Shown piece after piece: positions 1 through 10,000 of a stretch of DNA of 64,000 nucleotides. The position numbers and the translations under genes are program-made. Under the pieces are notes generated by a model. The model saw nothing but the letters and a program-made list of their open reading frames with translations. It was not told where the DNA came from and did not search any database. How positions within the stretch are numbered: position 1 is the first letter of the stretch; each line of letters starts with the position of its first letter. Source of the DNA: Cenococcum geophilum (lineage: Eukaryota). Location of the stretch: positions 10,912,001-10,976,000 of the forward strand of contig CP158636.1 of the NCBI GenBank assembly GCA_050273025.1, written 5' to 3'.

Positions 1-1835
1 TCTAATTATTGTACAACGGCTTCCCTTCTTATATGTGGAATGGCTAGAGTTTTATACTTTTATAAAAGCGTTAAATTAAGAAGCACCCTTAATTATCCCG
101 ATATACTACATAATAATTATAACCTAGATTCTTAAACACTTTACTAAGAGTTAAGATATTATACGAAAAGTACTTTAATCTATAAAGATAAATATTTACC
201 TTTCCGTAGACGTCTGGACCTCTCTAAGTTATACCCTTCTTCTTAAAATCTATACTAGCTTTATTAATATCCAGGACAAATACTAAAACCCCTTAATTAC
301 CCTTTATATAATATCTAGTTAAAGTGGTGCAGATTAATAGGAGGCGCTTTATCCGGTTCTTATTAAGTATAGTATTAAAATAAAGATTAGAGCTCTTATT
401 GGCGATAATACTGGATTAAACAATATTCTCTATTATATAATTAGCTAATGGCTTAGCCTTAAATATAAAATTAACTAGATTGCAATATATTAAAGAATTC
501 ACTATTAGGGGCACGTTATTAATCTTATTGTTTAGGCCTTTCTATTTAGTTTAAAGAAGGATAAAAAGCTTATAAACTTATATAATAAAGAGGATAAGGA
601 AGAAGAGGAAGAGGAAGAGGAAGAAGAAGAAGTTATATAATAAGCACTACAGCTAATTAAAGGAAAAGATAAGAGGAAAAAGAAGGATAAAGAATTAGAG
701 CTAGTATCGGACAAAATACGTAAAAGAGGTAAAAATATTCGAAATATTATGGGGCCGATAGGAAAGCTTTATAACCATATTATTTATATCCGCAGCTTAG
801 CTAACTATACAATATAGTTTATTAAACATGCTAGTAAAGTTATTTCTTTTAATAATTGTACGAGATAGAATAGCTAGTTTCTTATATTATATATGGCTCT
901 AGAGGATAAGGTAAAGGCTAGGCTTTAACTCTACGTAAAGTACTATAAGGACAATTTCCTAAAAGATAATATCCTCTTAATAAGCGAATAGATATATCTT
1001 TATACAATTTATAATTTCCTTTAGTCTTTCTATAAAGCAACTCTATTTCTTTAAGGAGATTATATAACACTAGAGAGGGTTCTAAAATTAGTTAATATTC
1101 TTAAGGATATAATATAGACTGCATTAGTATATTATATAATACTTTTAATATTTCTCTAGCTAATTCTTTCCTTCTAGGTAATAGCTACTAAGGCTAAGGA
1201 TAAGTTTATAGCTGCTTAACTCTAATATGCGGAGGAAAAGCTTGTAAAGTATATTAAAAAGCTAGATAATTCTCCCTACTATCTAGCGGCACGAGTTCTT
1301 AACCTAGAGTGTTATACGGCTTTCTTAAAAGATTAAAATAATTATATTACTATTGAAGGAGAAAAGAAGCTCTTTAGCGTATAAAAGCTCTAGGAGAGGT
1401 TCCGCGAGAAAGTAATACTTTAGGTTTAACTATATCGTACGCAACTAAGAAAACTTAAAAGTCGCCTTTAGAGTCTAAAGAAAACCTCTCTACCTTCTAT
1501 AAGGCTTATCTTTAGTATTATTTAAAGTATACTCGTCTACAGAGTCTAGATAAGTTTAATAACTATATTAATAAGAATCCAATTCCACTTAATGGCCGTA
1601 TAATAGCTATTTAATAGTAGAATTAGCCTCTTTAGCGTACGAGATTTCTATAACTCTTATAGCTTATAATTAAAGTTCTCTTAATACCTGGAATAAGCGA
1701 TAAGCTAGAGAGAGTATTTTTAGGGTTTTAACGTCGCGTTCTATAGGATCGTACGAGAACTACTCTATAAATACTTAAGGCATCGGAGTGCGCAAAGGAC
1801 TAGGCGGCTTGTAAGATTATAAGTATTCTCTTATA
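1..1835 (+). pseudogene. RIP-degraded hAT-family transposase (5' part outside window)
   Basis: Reading through stops gives LIPGISDKLERVFLG at ~1680-1725, matching the hAT C-terminal dimerisation motif SIPAMSxEPERVFS. There is an acidic GAA/GAG stretch at ~595-630 and a probable intron at 1127-1177 (GTAT...GCTAAT...CTAG). Many TAA/TAG stops. Confidence 0.75.
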
Positions 1836-2827
1836 GTCGTACGAGGGAAAGTATATAAGAGGTATGTTATACAATACTAAAAGGGGGAAGGGGGGTATAT
1901 AAATAAAATAATTTTAGGCAAAAGGTATCTACTAAAGGCGCGTAGGTGGCGTAGGTAAATATAGTAATTTTAAACTTAAAAGTTTATAAGTTTAAATCCT
2001 ACCAATATCGTCCTTTATTGAGAATTAGGAAATATAATTATTTAGTATACCTCCTGTCCTACCATACAAGAGATTCTCTGGCAACATTGCTATACTATAA
2101 GTAAACTCTCCTCTCTGTACAATATACCTATATAACTAACTACTCTTAGGATAAGCAGGAGAGGGTAGAAGCTTTGCCGGCGATTAATATAGAGGCTTAG
2201 GCGGGGGGGGGTATTAGAGAGGCAGGTGTAGACGGGAAGGCCCTTATGTAAGGCAGTATTGCCAGGGTATACGGTAGGGAGCAGGCAAGCCGAGCATGAG
2301 TCACATAGGGAGTCGATGGAAGAGGACGATATGGTAATAAGGGTAGGCAATAGCCTAAGTACAGAGACGAACCGATGAGGAGGGAAAGGGCTGCAAGCCC
2401 GAGGAGCTTATAAGGAGGTGCCAAGCCTAGCCTTCGGCTAGGGCTTGGCTACCCCTTAGAGCTCCTAGGCGATGCAGCCGAGTAAGGGACCAAAAGTACC
2501 CTTACACCTTATATATAAATGCGATTCTAATTTAGAGTTGCGGATCTCTAAATATAATTGTAAGTAACCTATATTACTTGTACGAGGCAGAGAGCTAATT
2601 AAACGTTAGTCCTGCGAGACTTGTACGGCAACTCCGCGTCGTCTAGTAGGCCCTTGCCCCTTTACTAAGTGTTGGAGTCTCCTAGGGTTCTATGGTGGGT
2701 GCTGTGGAAATTACAAGTAGCGGGATTGTGGGGCTCGATGTTTATCGTACGATATAAATTCTCAGCCTATAGTGGCGGTAGCGGGAGTACTAGAGGGTGA
2801 GGATCGGATTATAGAACTGGAGGATAA

Positions 2828-3029
2828 TGTTACGGCACTGGCAGAAAACGGCAGAACTTTGCGGTCACGTGACTTGAGGACCACATAAAAGAACCCTACT
2901 TCGACCGGCGCTGCTCTTCTTCTCCTTTCCTTTCTCTAGCTTTAGATTCTCGTTTATAGACAATCCAATTGTACAGGCTTGCACGTCCCTCATACCGTGC
3001 TCATGCCTCGATTGACTGAGTCGCTAACA
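2828..3029. mobile_element. Solo LTR (202 bp)
   Basis: TGTTA...TAACA termini flanked by the 5-bp direct repeat GATAA (2823-2827, 3030-3034). Confidence 0.85.
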
Positions 3030-3199
3030 GATAATAAGGAGTAGATAAAAGTTACTGAATTTAAACTGCTGAGTCTCCTCTCTTTTTTCCTATTTTTATT
3101 TTATTTTATAGTATTTTATATAAAGAGAAGTATAAATAAAAAAGGTAAAAAGTAGATATCTAATTAGTAGGAAAGCTAAAGGTATTTACTAAAGCCTTA

Positions 3200-3375
3200 T
3201 ATAGAGCTTTATATAAGCCTCCGCAGAGCTTTATACAGAGCCTCCGTACGTAGAGCTTAGTGCAGCGCTTGGTGTAGAGCCTCTATACGTAGAGCTTCGT
3301 GTAGAGCCTCCGTAGAGCTTCGTGCAGAGCTTCGTGCAGAGCTTTTGCTAAGCTTTAGTAGAGCTCCGTACGGGT
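3200..3375. repeat. Degenerate ~10-12 bp tandem repeat (GTAGAGCTTC/GTGCAGAGCTTC-like)
   Basis: Repeated AGAGCT/AGAGCC cores are directly visible. Confidence 0.7.
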
Positions 3376-3660
3376 AAGCCTTATTCTACAGGGCTCTTAT
3401 AAGCTTTATATCTATATAATATTACTTATCCTTAGGATATTTTAATAAAAGCGGTACTATTTTAAAGCGCTTTACGAGCTCTATAAATCTGTTTTAATAA
3501 AAAAATTATTTATTTAATATTAAGGGGTGTATTATAAGTATAAGCATATTAAGGGGATTTTGCTAAGACTATCCGGAGACTATCCGGATAGTCTCCGGAT
3601 ACTATCAGCTGATAGGTCTATTATCCGAGAGGGCTATCCGGCCTATCCTTGGCAACTCTG

Positions 3661-3698
3661 GCACGTCCTACGCCACAGAGAATACAGATTATCTGACA
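3661..3698 (-). mobile_element. Terminal fragment of a Copia LTR related to those at 31104 and 34111
   Basis: GCACGTCCTACGCCACAGAGAATACAGATTATCTGACA closely matches the LTR end at ~50195-50233 (GCACGGACTACGCCTCCAGAGAATACAGATTATCTAACA). Confidence 0.8.
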
Positions 3699-3828
3699 AC
3701 TACACCTCACCACCATGCCAAGTATCACCAATTCAATATATATGATTGGTGCCCGCATCTATATCGACTTTCGAGCGATCGATCGATTATCGCTTAGAAT
3801 CGACGGAAGTCGAGTCGATAATGATGAC

Positions 3829-5779
3829 CTAATATGACCTTATGAATCGATCAATCGATATAATCGATAATTGATTGCGGAGCAGTATGGTCTTATGCTC
3901 TCCCTGCGCCGCGAACGAGAGGGGCGTCCGACCAGAATTATCCCTTGAGTTGACATTAACCTCTCCCGTGTCGAGTAGCAGCTTGACCACAGTCTCATGC
4001 CCTCCCTGCGCCGCGAATGAGAGCGGTGTCCGACCAGAATAATCTCTTGAGTCGACATCAACCTCTCCCGTGTTAAGTAGCAGCTTAACCACGCTCTTAT
4101 GCCTGCTACTAGCCGCTAATGAGAGCGGTGTCTGACCATAATCAGTAGTCTTTGAGTCGATATTAACTTTGCCTGTTGCGAGCAGTAGTATAACTGTAGT
4201 CTTATGTCCGTTCTCTGCTGCCCACGATAGTGGCGTCCAACCGTACTCATCCTTTAAGTCGACGTCAGCCTTCTCTGTGTTGAGCAACAGTATGACCACA
4301 GTCTGGTGCCCTCCCTGCGTCGCGAATGAGAGAGGTGTCCAACCAGAATTATCCCTTGAGTCGACTTCAAACCTACCCGTATCGAGCAGCAGCTTGACCA
4401 CAATCTCATGCCCGTTACTAGCCGCTAACGAGAGCGGCGTCTGGCCATGTTCAGTATCCTTTGGGTCGATGTCAACCTGGCCTATCTCCATCAGCAACTT
4501 GACCACGGCCTTATGCCCATTCCTTGCTGCCAACGACAGCGGTGTTTGGCTATATGTAGTGTCCTTGGAGTTGAGCTTGACCTTGCTCGTCTCCAGCAGC
4601 GACAGCGCTCCCGAGCCGGTGTCCCACAACTTGACACTGCTGTCGCTTGATGCCGACGCCAGCTGCTTGCTGTCCGGCGAGAAGGCCATGGCGTATATAG
4701 GCTTTGTATGGCCCTCAAGCGTGTGCAGTACCATTCCTGAGCCGGTGTCCCACAGCTTGACAGTACTATCGCTTGATGCCGACACCAGCTGCTTGCTGTC
4801 CGGCGAGAAGGCCATGGCGCATATAGGCTTCGTATGGCCCTCGAGCGTCTGCAGCACGGTGCCCGACCCGGCGTCCCACAGTTTGATGGTGCTGTCGGTC
4901 GACCCCGACGCCAGCGTCCTGCCGTCCAGCGAGAAGGCCATGGCCGTGACCTCCCTGTTATGGCCCTCGAGCGTCTGCAGCACGGCGCCCGACCCGGCGT
5001 CCCACAGCTTGACAGTGCCGTCGTCCGATCCCGACGCCAGCGTCCTGCCGTCCGGTGAGAAGGCTATAGTATATATAGGCTTCGTATGGCCCTCGAGCGT
5101 GTGCAGTAGTTTAACCATAGTCCCGTGACCATTCGCTTCTGCGCATGACAGTCGCGTCCGGTTTGAGTCATCTCTGGAGTCAGCGTCGATCTTACCCGTC
5201 TCTAGCATTAGTGTGACGGCCTTTTCGTGGCCTCCTTGCGACGCCGCCTGTAGCGCGTTACCGTAGTCTCCTCCAGCGTTAACGTCGGCGCCTTCGCTCA
5301 GCAGCAGCTCAACGGTGGCTAAATGACCTCCCTGCGACGCCGCTTGGAGCGCGTTACCGTAGTCTCCTCTAGCGTTAACGTCGGCGCCTTTGCTCAGCAG
5401 CAGCTTGACGATGGCCGAGTGACCTTCCTGCGACGCTGCTTGGAGCGCGTTACCGTAGTCTCCTTCTTTAGCGTTGACGTCGGCGTCTTTGTTTAGCAGC
5501 AGCTCGACTGCCCTGTCGTTGCTTTCTTGCGATGCCGCGTGCAGTGCGTAGTGCAGAGAATGATTGGGATCTTGTTTTCCGCAAAGTTTAGTCTCAGTAT
5601 AGTCAGCCTTGCTCTTGTCAGTACCTTCCCATAGATCTTTGGAGCCGAATTCCAGGCCATCAGCTCCCTGGGTATGCGGAAATATGGCATATGGAGAAAT
5701 TTTGTCCCCAACAAACCCAACTAGGCTGGACTCTCTAAGGAAATAATTTCGTAGTCTTTTTGCTGTAAGTAGCACTCAT
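3829..5779 (-). CDS. NLR-related chimeric repeat protein: truncated HET-domain N-terminus, ankyrin repeats, 4 WD40 repeats, ankyrin repeats; possibly frameshifted at the start
   Basis: 648-aa open frame. GDKISPYAIFPHTQGAD..KDLWEGTDKSKADY..CGKQ resembles the start of HET-E-type HET domains. It has GDYGNALQAAS and GxTPLSxAA ankyrin repeats, and TLEGH..AFSPD..LASxSxDxTVKLWDxGSG WD40 units. No NACHT P-loop is present. The nearest ATG (5779) is out of frame by one base. Confidence 0.8.
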
Positions 5780-6254
5780 TTCGCTGTGTTCTTCGAGCTA
5801 ATTCTTTCTCCAAGGCGAAAATCGTCGGGTCAGGCCAAATCAGGGAAGTGGGATTTGATTTATTTGGGACAAATGTCTGATAGGGAGGTCACCTAGGCCC
5901 CACTCAAGGCTCAACAGGTGCTTGTGCGCCCAGGGTTCGTGTTTGTTTGACAGGGCGGTCTCGAAAACGGTCTCTAGCTCGACTCTCAATACTAGAGTTT
6001 CATCATATAACATTCGGAGACCTTCTAATGTCGGATATCAGAAGAAGATCGCCGCTCTAGGAAGAATTTTCGGATAATAGCTCAACAGCGGGTTCTAAAG
6101 ATGATGTGGTCGCTGAATTTGCTGAGTTTTGACTCTTTTAAAAAATGTATAAGTCCAATTCTGTTCTTGGATAGTATAACGAGGGAACAACTAATCTCAT
6201 AAAAAAATTTCTACCCGCTCTTGGGCTTGAGTATACAGCTAAGAAATAAAAAGG

Positions 6255-6262
6255 AAAAAAAA
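6255..6262 (-). terminator. Pol III oligo-T terminator of tRNA-Gly
   Basis: T8 run on the minus strand, 7 nt downstream of the discriminator base. Confidence 0.75.
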
Positions 6263-6269
6263 TGAATAA

Positions 6270-6390
6270 TGCTTATCCGGCGAATCGAACGCCGACCCCT
6301 TGCTTGGAAGGCAAGGATCCTAACCTGAATAAATAATATTAGAGGTTGCTTTCAAATACATGAAACAACGTACCATTAGACCAAATAAGC
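6270..6390 (-). tRNA. tRNA-Gly(UCC) with a 49-nt insert in the D-loop (exon 1 6390-6374, insert 6373-6325, exon 2 6324-6270)
   Basis: The joined sequence GCTTATTTGGTCTAATGGTTAGGATCCTTGCCTTCCAAGCAAGGGGTCGGCGTTCGATTCGCCGGATAAGCA (72 nt) folds into a full cloverleaf: acceptor GCTTATT/GATAAGC, anticodon stem CTTGC/GCAAG with loop CT-TCC-AA, T-arm CGGCG-TTCGATT-CGCCG, discriminator A. Confidence 0.92.
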
Positions 6391-6413
6391 TCGGTTTCGT
6401 TAAGTTAAAATAA

Positions 6414-6428
6414 AATTTATATATAATT
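6414..6428 (-). promoter_or_regulatory. TATA-like element upstream of tRNA-Gly
   Basis: Minus-strand TTATATATAAAT about 25-37 nt upstream of tRNA position 1. Confidence 0.45.
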
Positions 6429-7041
6429 TGTAAATCCAGTCGTACCCGCTACAATAGCGGACGATGCAGCGACGAGGAAGTCAATAAAAAAGGAAAGGCT
6501 CTAGTATAAGAAACACATGCTCGAAGAGAAGTTTTCAATGCCAAAAAATCAAATTTAACTCATGAACTATCCATATTCTAAGTTTGAAAAATATAACGCT
6601 ACATTAAGAGGTGAAGTGAGAGCGACAAAACTACTTGTTTGGGCTATGTCATTAATTCCATTTACTAGATTGCCGGTTGTGGCTAGCCACTGTGTGTTAA
6701 GTCGTGGCCCTTACACGTACGTGTTAAGGGTAAACACATCGCCAGCGTACGCGTTCTCCAACTAATGGCACGCGTTTCTTGTCACCATAACGTGTGATGT
6801 GTATACCTCTCTGCATTGGCTCTGATCTTTAAAGAGATCAGGTTCGTAGCCAGCACAACGTATAGGCTGCAGAGTCGGATTTCGCTGGCCTAGTACTAAG
6901 CAGTACTCCAATTATCGACCGTAATAACGCTTTGATAGTTTTACGTTGAATTTCGAGGATTCGCAACCTACTTCGAAAACCCACATCTCACAGAAAGAAA
7001 CAGCATAGTCCACAAGAAGAGGCTTTCATATCGTGCATCCC

Positions 7042-10000
7042 ATGTCGTTAATCAAGTCGTCGGCCTTCGATCTGGAAAAATATGTCCATGGCACCATCAT
7101 CTCCCGCATGCAGGAGAAAGGCATTAGCTTTTCCATAGGGACGCCTGCTCGCCTCAAATGGTGCCTGCCTTAGCACAAACACAGTGACCTTTGGCACCAA
7201 AGTCTAGAGCACACTTTGTTCGCATCTCCTGAGCAGCTAAACCAAATTTTAGACTTGCATAATGTTCCCATGACATGGTCTTCTCGTCCTACTGGATTCA
7301 TAACCTTCTACATTCGCACATTCAGCTTCCAGCCTTATAAGCTACTCGAGGTCATCAAGCAGGTCTCCACTATAGGCTATGAAGAATGCCAAATACTTCG
7401 AACATGGACTGGTCTTCTCCACTCAGCAGATTCTACGGCAGTGACATACATTCGGTACGTTGGAAAGACTGGGTACTCACCATGGCACAGATTCTGGCAT
7501 GATCTCGTCTCTACGCCCGGCTCGCTTGCTATTCGCTTCATCCAGACAACCTTGTTGCTATATCCGAATGTAATTCGAGATGCACTTGTTGAAGAGGTCT
7601 CGAACGCGAGGGCTACCTGCGCGGTTGACGACAGCGTTGTAGATACCACAGAGCAAGAGCTCATCACTCTGCTGCAGGTAAGTTATAAAGTCTTTGTGCC
7701 GCCAATGGGCTCTAACCTTCCTGTCACAGGCAGGTGTGGTTAACACGGAAGCAGGTGGCCGATTTCTCTATAAACCAACCACAGTCGATGAGAAGTAATT
7801 TGCACTCCTTTTAACTCTAGTTATTCCACAGCTTGAATCTTCCGTGGCCACACGTCCCGCCTCTCTAAAGGAGCAAAGTCAGATTAAAGCGCTCGCAAAG
7901 GAGATTCAAGTTTACGCGAATACCAACCCCGCGAAGACTGGAACGTCACAGTATCTCTTTTTCACGCACCAGTTAGATTCCCTTGTCAGAGGCCTAATGT
8001 TTTCTATTTTGCAGAATGGCTTTACTCCGTTCTTAACACTTAGCTCCGAAATCACACAAGGCGTTTTTTTGGATCCTAAGGGCGAGTCTTTCTTTTTGGG
8101 ATTATCTAGATCTGCTCACCTTGCTACAACTGCTTTTAACTTTTTCGGTTCGTGGGAGAAGAACCTCAGTGCCCTTAAATCTAGTCTTACTGCCCGAATG
8201 GCTACAAGCAATCATCTGCCTTTCATCAACCTCTTCAACTGGCCGAAGGCAGATCCAGCTACGTTAAACGATGCTTTACTGTTCGTTAAACGCTATTTCA
8301 CCCTCGTTAGACCTCTCGTTGTTTTAACCTACGGTCATTTGGTAAGATTATTCGTGTTTTATTGCGCTTGCCCTGGGATTGCGCGCTGATTCTAAACGAT
8401 TAGCCCTCTTATGCCACTCTCAATAACTTCAAGTCCATAAATAGCCTACAGCACGATCACTTCACCCTATTGGACTCGATTGGCAATCTTCATCTGCGCC
8501 GTTACTCTAGCGAGTCCAATAACGACCAGTCTGTCTACATTGTCATTCTATTATTACATCCTGGTCGGGTCGCCCATTAAGGAAAATTGATCGAGCTTTC
8601 GAAAGCTGTCTATCTGATAACGGCTATAAAAGGCTGGGTTGCCTTTAATGAGGCACTGAAACGGACGAGTTCTACCTCCCCTAAGCCAGTCCTGTATGCC
8701 CAAATTGTAAAGGCGGTTAAGGACAAAACTGGCCCAGGAACAAAATTCTATAAACGTTTCCAGCGCTTAAAACAGCAATATTTACAGGAACTGCAGCGGA
8801 AAAGCAATGCGATTTTCTTGAGCTTAACGATTGATAAGCTTGCTCATATTACCAAGGTGCGCAACGCACGCGACGATTTGTTTGCTCAGCTTCGCCAAAA
8901 CAATTCCCAGTGCCAACGCAGACTTTCGGCCAACGAAAGAGCTGCTACTGCTGCTCGAAAGATCAAATGGGTCGTCTACTCTGGGCCCCCAGGTGTCGCA
9001 ATGGCTTCCTCATTTGCCGTCTGGGCACAAGCCAAAAAAGAGCTCGACATGCTAATGGCTTATGGCTTCTCATACACAATTCCCAATAATCCTGAGCGTC
9101 GGAATGAAGTTGCCAGACTATACAACAAACACGTCACCAAGCTGCTTACTCCTGAAGCCATCGCAGGCAACCGTGATCAGTTCTTCGATTTCGCCACTTC
9201 ATCACAAGTGACCTGGCGAGGTAGTTACTATCTTTGTGCCACATCTACACAGGAAGCGACAAGGGATCTTCCAAACTTGATCCGTTGCTTCCTTACTGAG
9301 GCAATCGAAAATCCTTATGGTACTATCCATGTTCGGCAAAATCACGAAATAAGTCGGACGGCCGCTCTGCTAAAGCTGGAAAATTAGTTTGCTCGGATTT
9401 TTGCTCTTACAAACTGTGATAACGATGCTCAATTTGTCGAAATGGTCAACAAGAATTAGTTAGAATACATGCAGGAAAGGGCCCCAGATGTGTACAGGCA
9501 CCTGGACAACCAGGCACAGAAAGCGGCATGCGAAAACCAGATGTACTTCACCAAGGATAATCTCAATGGCACTGAAATCACCATCTGCGAATATCACCGC
9601 AATCACGATTCTGGCGCCGTCAGCTACAGCGTATTGTGGAGAGTTTTAAGTGGGGAAACCTTTACGATCGAGAACCTCCCACTCCCAAAGCCCGTTAAGC
9701 CTACCAAAGACAGCGAGAGGAGGTTCATCTATTTTGTACCTAAAGGAATCGTTATTGCAGACGAGAATGGGAATCCAATTGATGCCCATATCGTAAGCCA
9801 AGCCACTCGACAGGCCGGGATGAAGAAACCCCCCGTATATCCCACTTTACCGCTGGCATTAATGATTCTATCACTCCAAAGTCATCCTCATGGAAATGCA
9901 TTTTTGCGTCTCTGGGAGGCTCAGAGTGGCACCGCTGTGGATGAAGTCATACTACGCATTAGGCCTGCCTCCAAAAACGAACAATTTATCTCAGCAGACT

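Larger units (their letters stand above)
1..3660 (+). mobile_element. hAT-like DNA transposon, right part ending in a putative TIR
   Basis: The right end reads CAGAGTTGCCAAGG on the minus strand (3647-3660), a CAG-starting terminus as in hAT elements. It is preceded by subterminal TATCCGG repeats and a palindrome, and followed abruptly by a Copia LTR fragment. The left TIR and TSD are not in the window. Confidence 0.55.

Noticed and set aside
532..714. Ser-rich minus-strand ORF and GAA microsatellite
   Set aside because: Antisense of an acidic stretch in the hAT transposase.
4169..5128. 319-aa plus-strand ORF
   Set aside because: Antisense shadow of the ankyrin/WD40 frame; its periodicity simply mirrors those repeats.
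6325..6373. Canonical TSEN-type tRNA intron
   Set aside because: The anticodon loop is uninterrupted; the insert is in the D-loop, not at 37/38.
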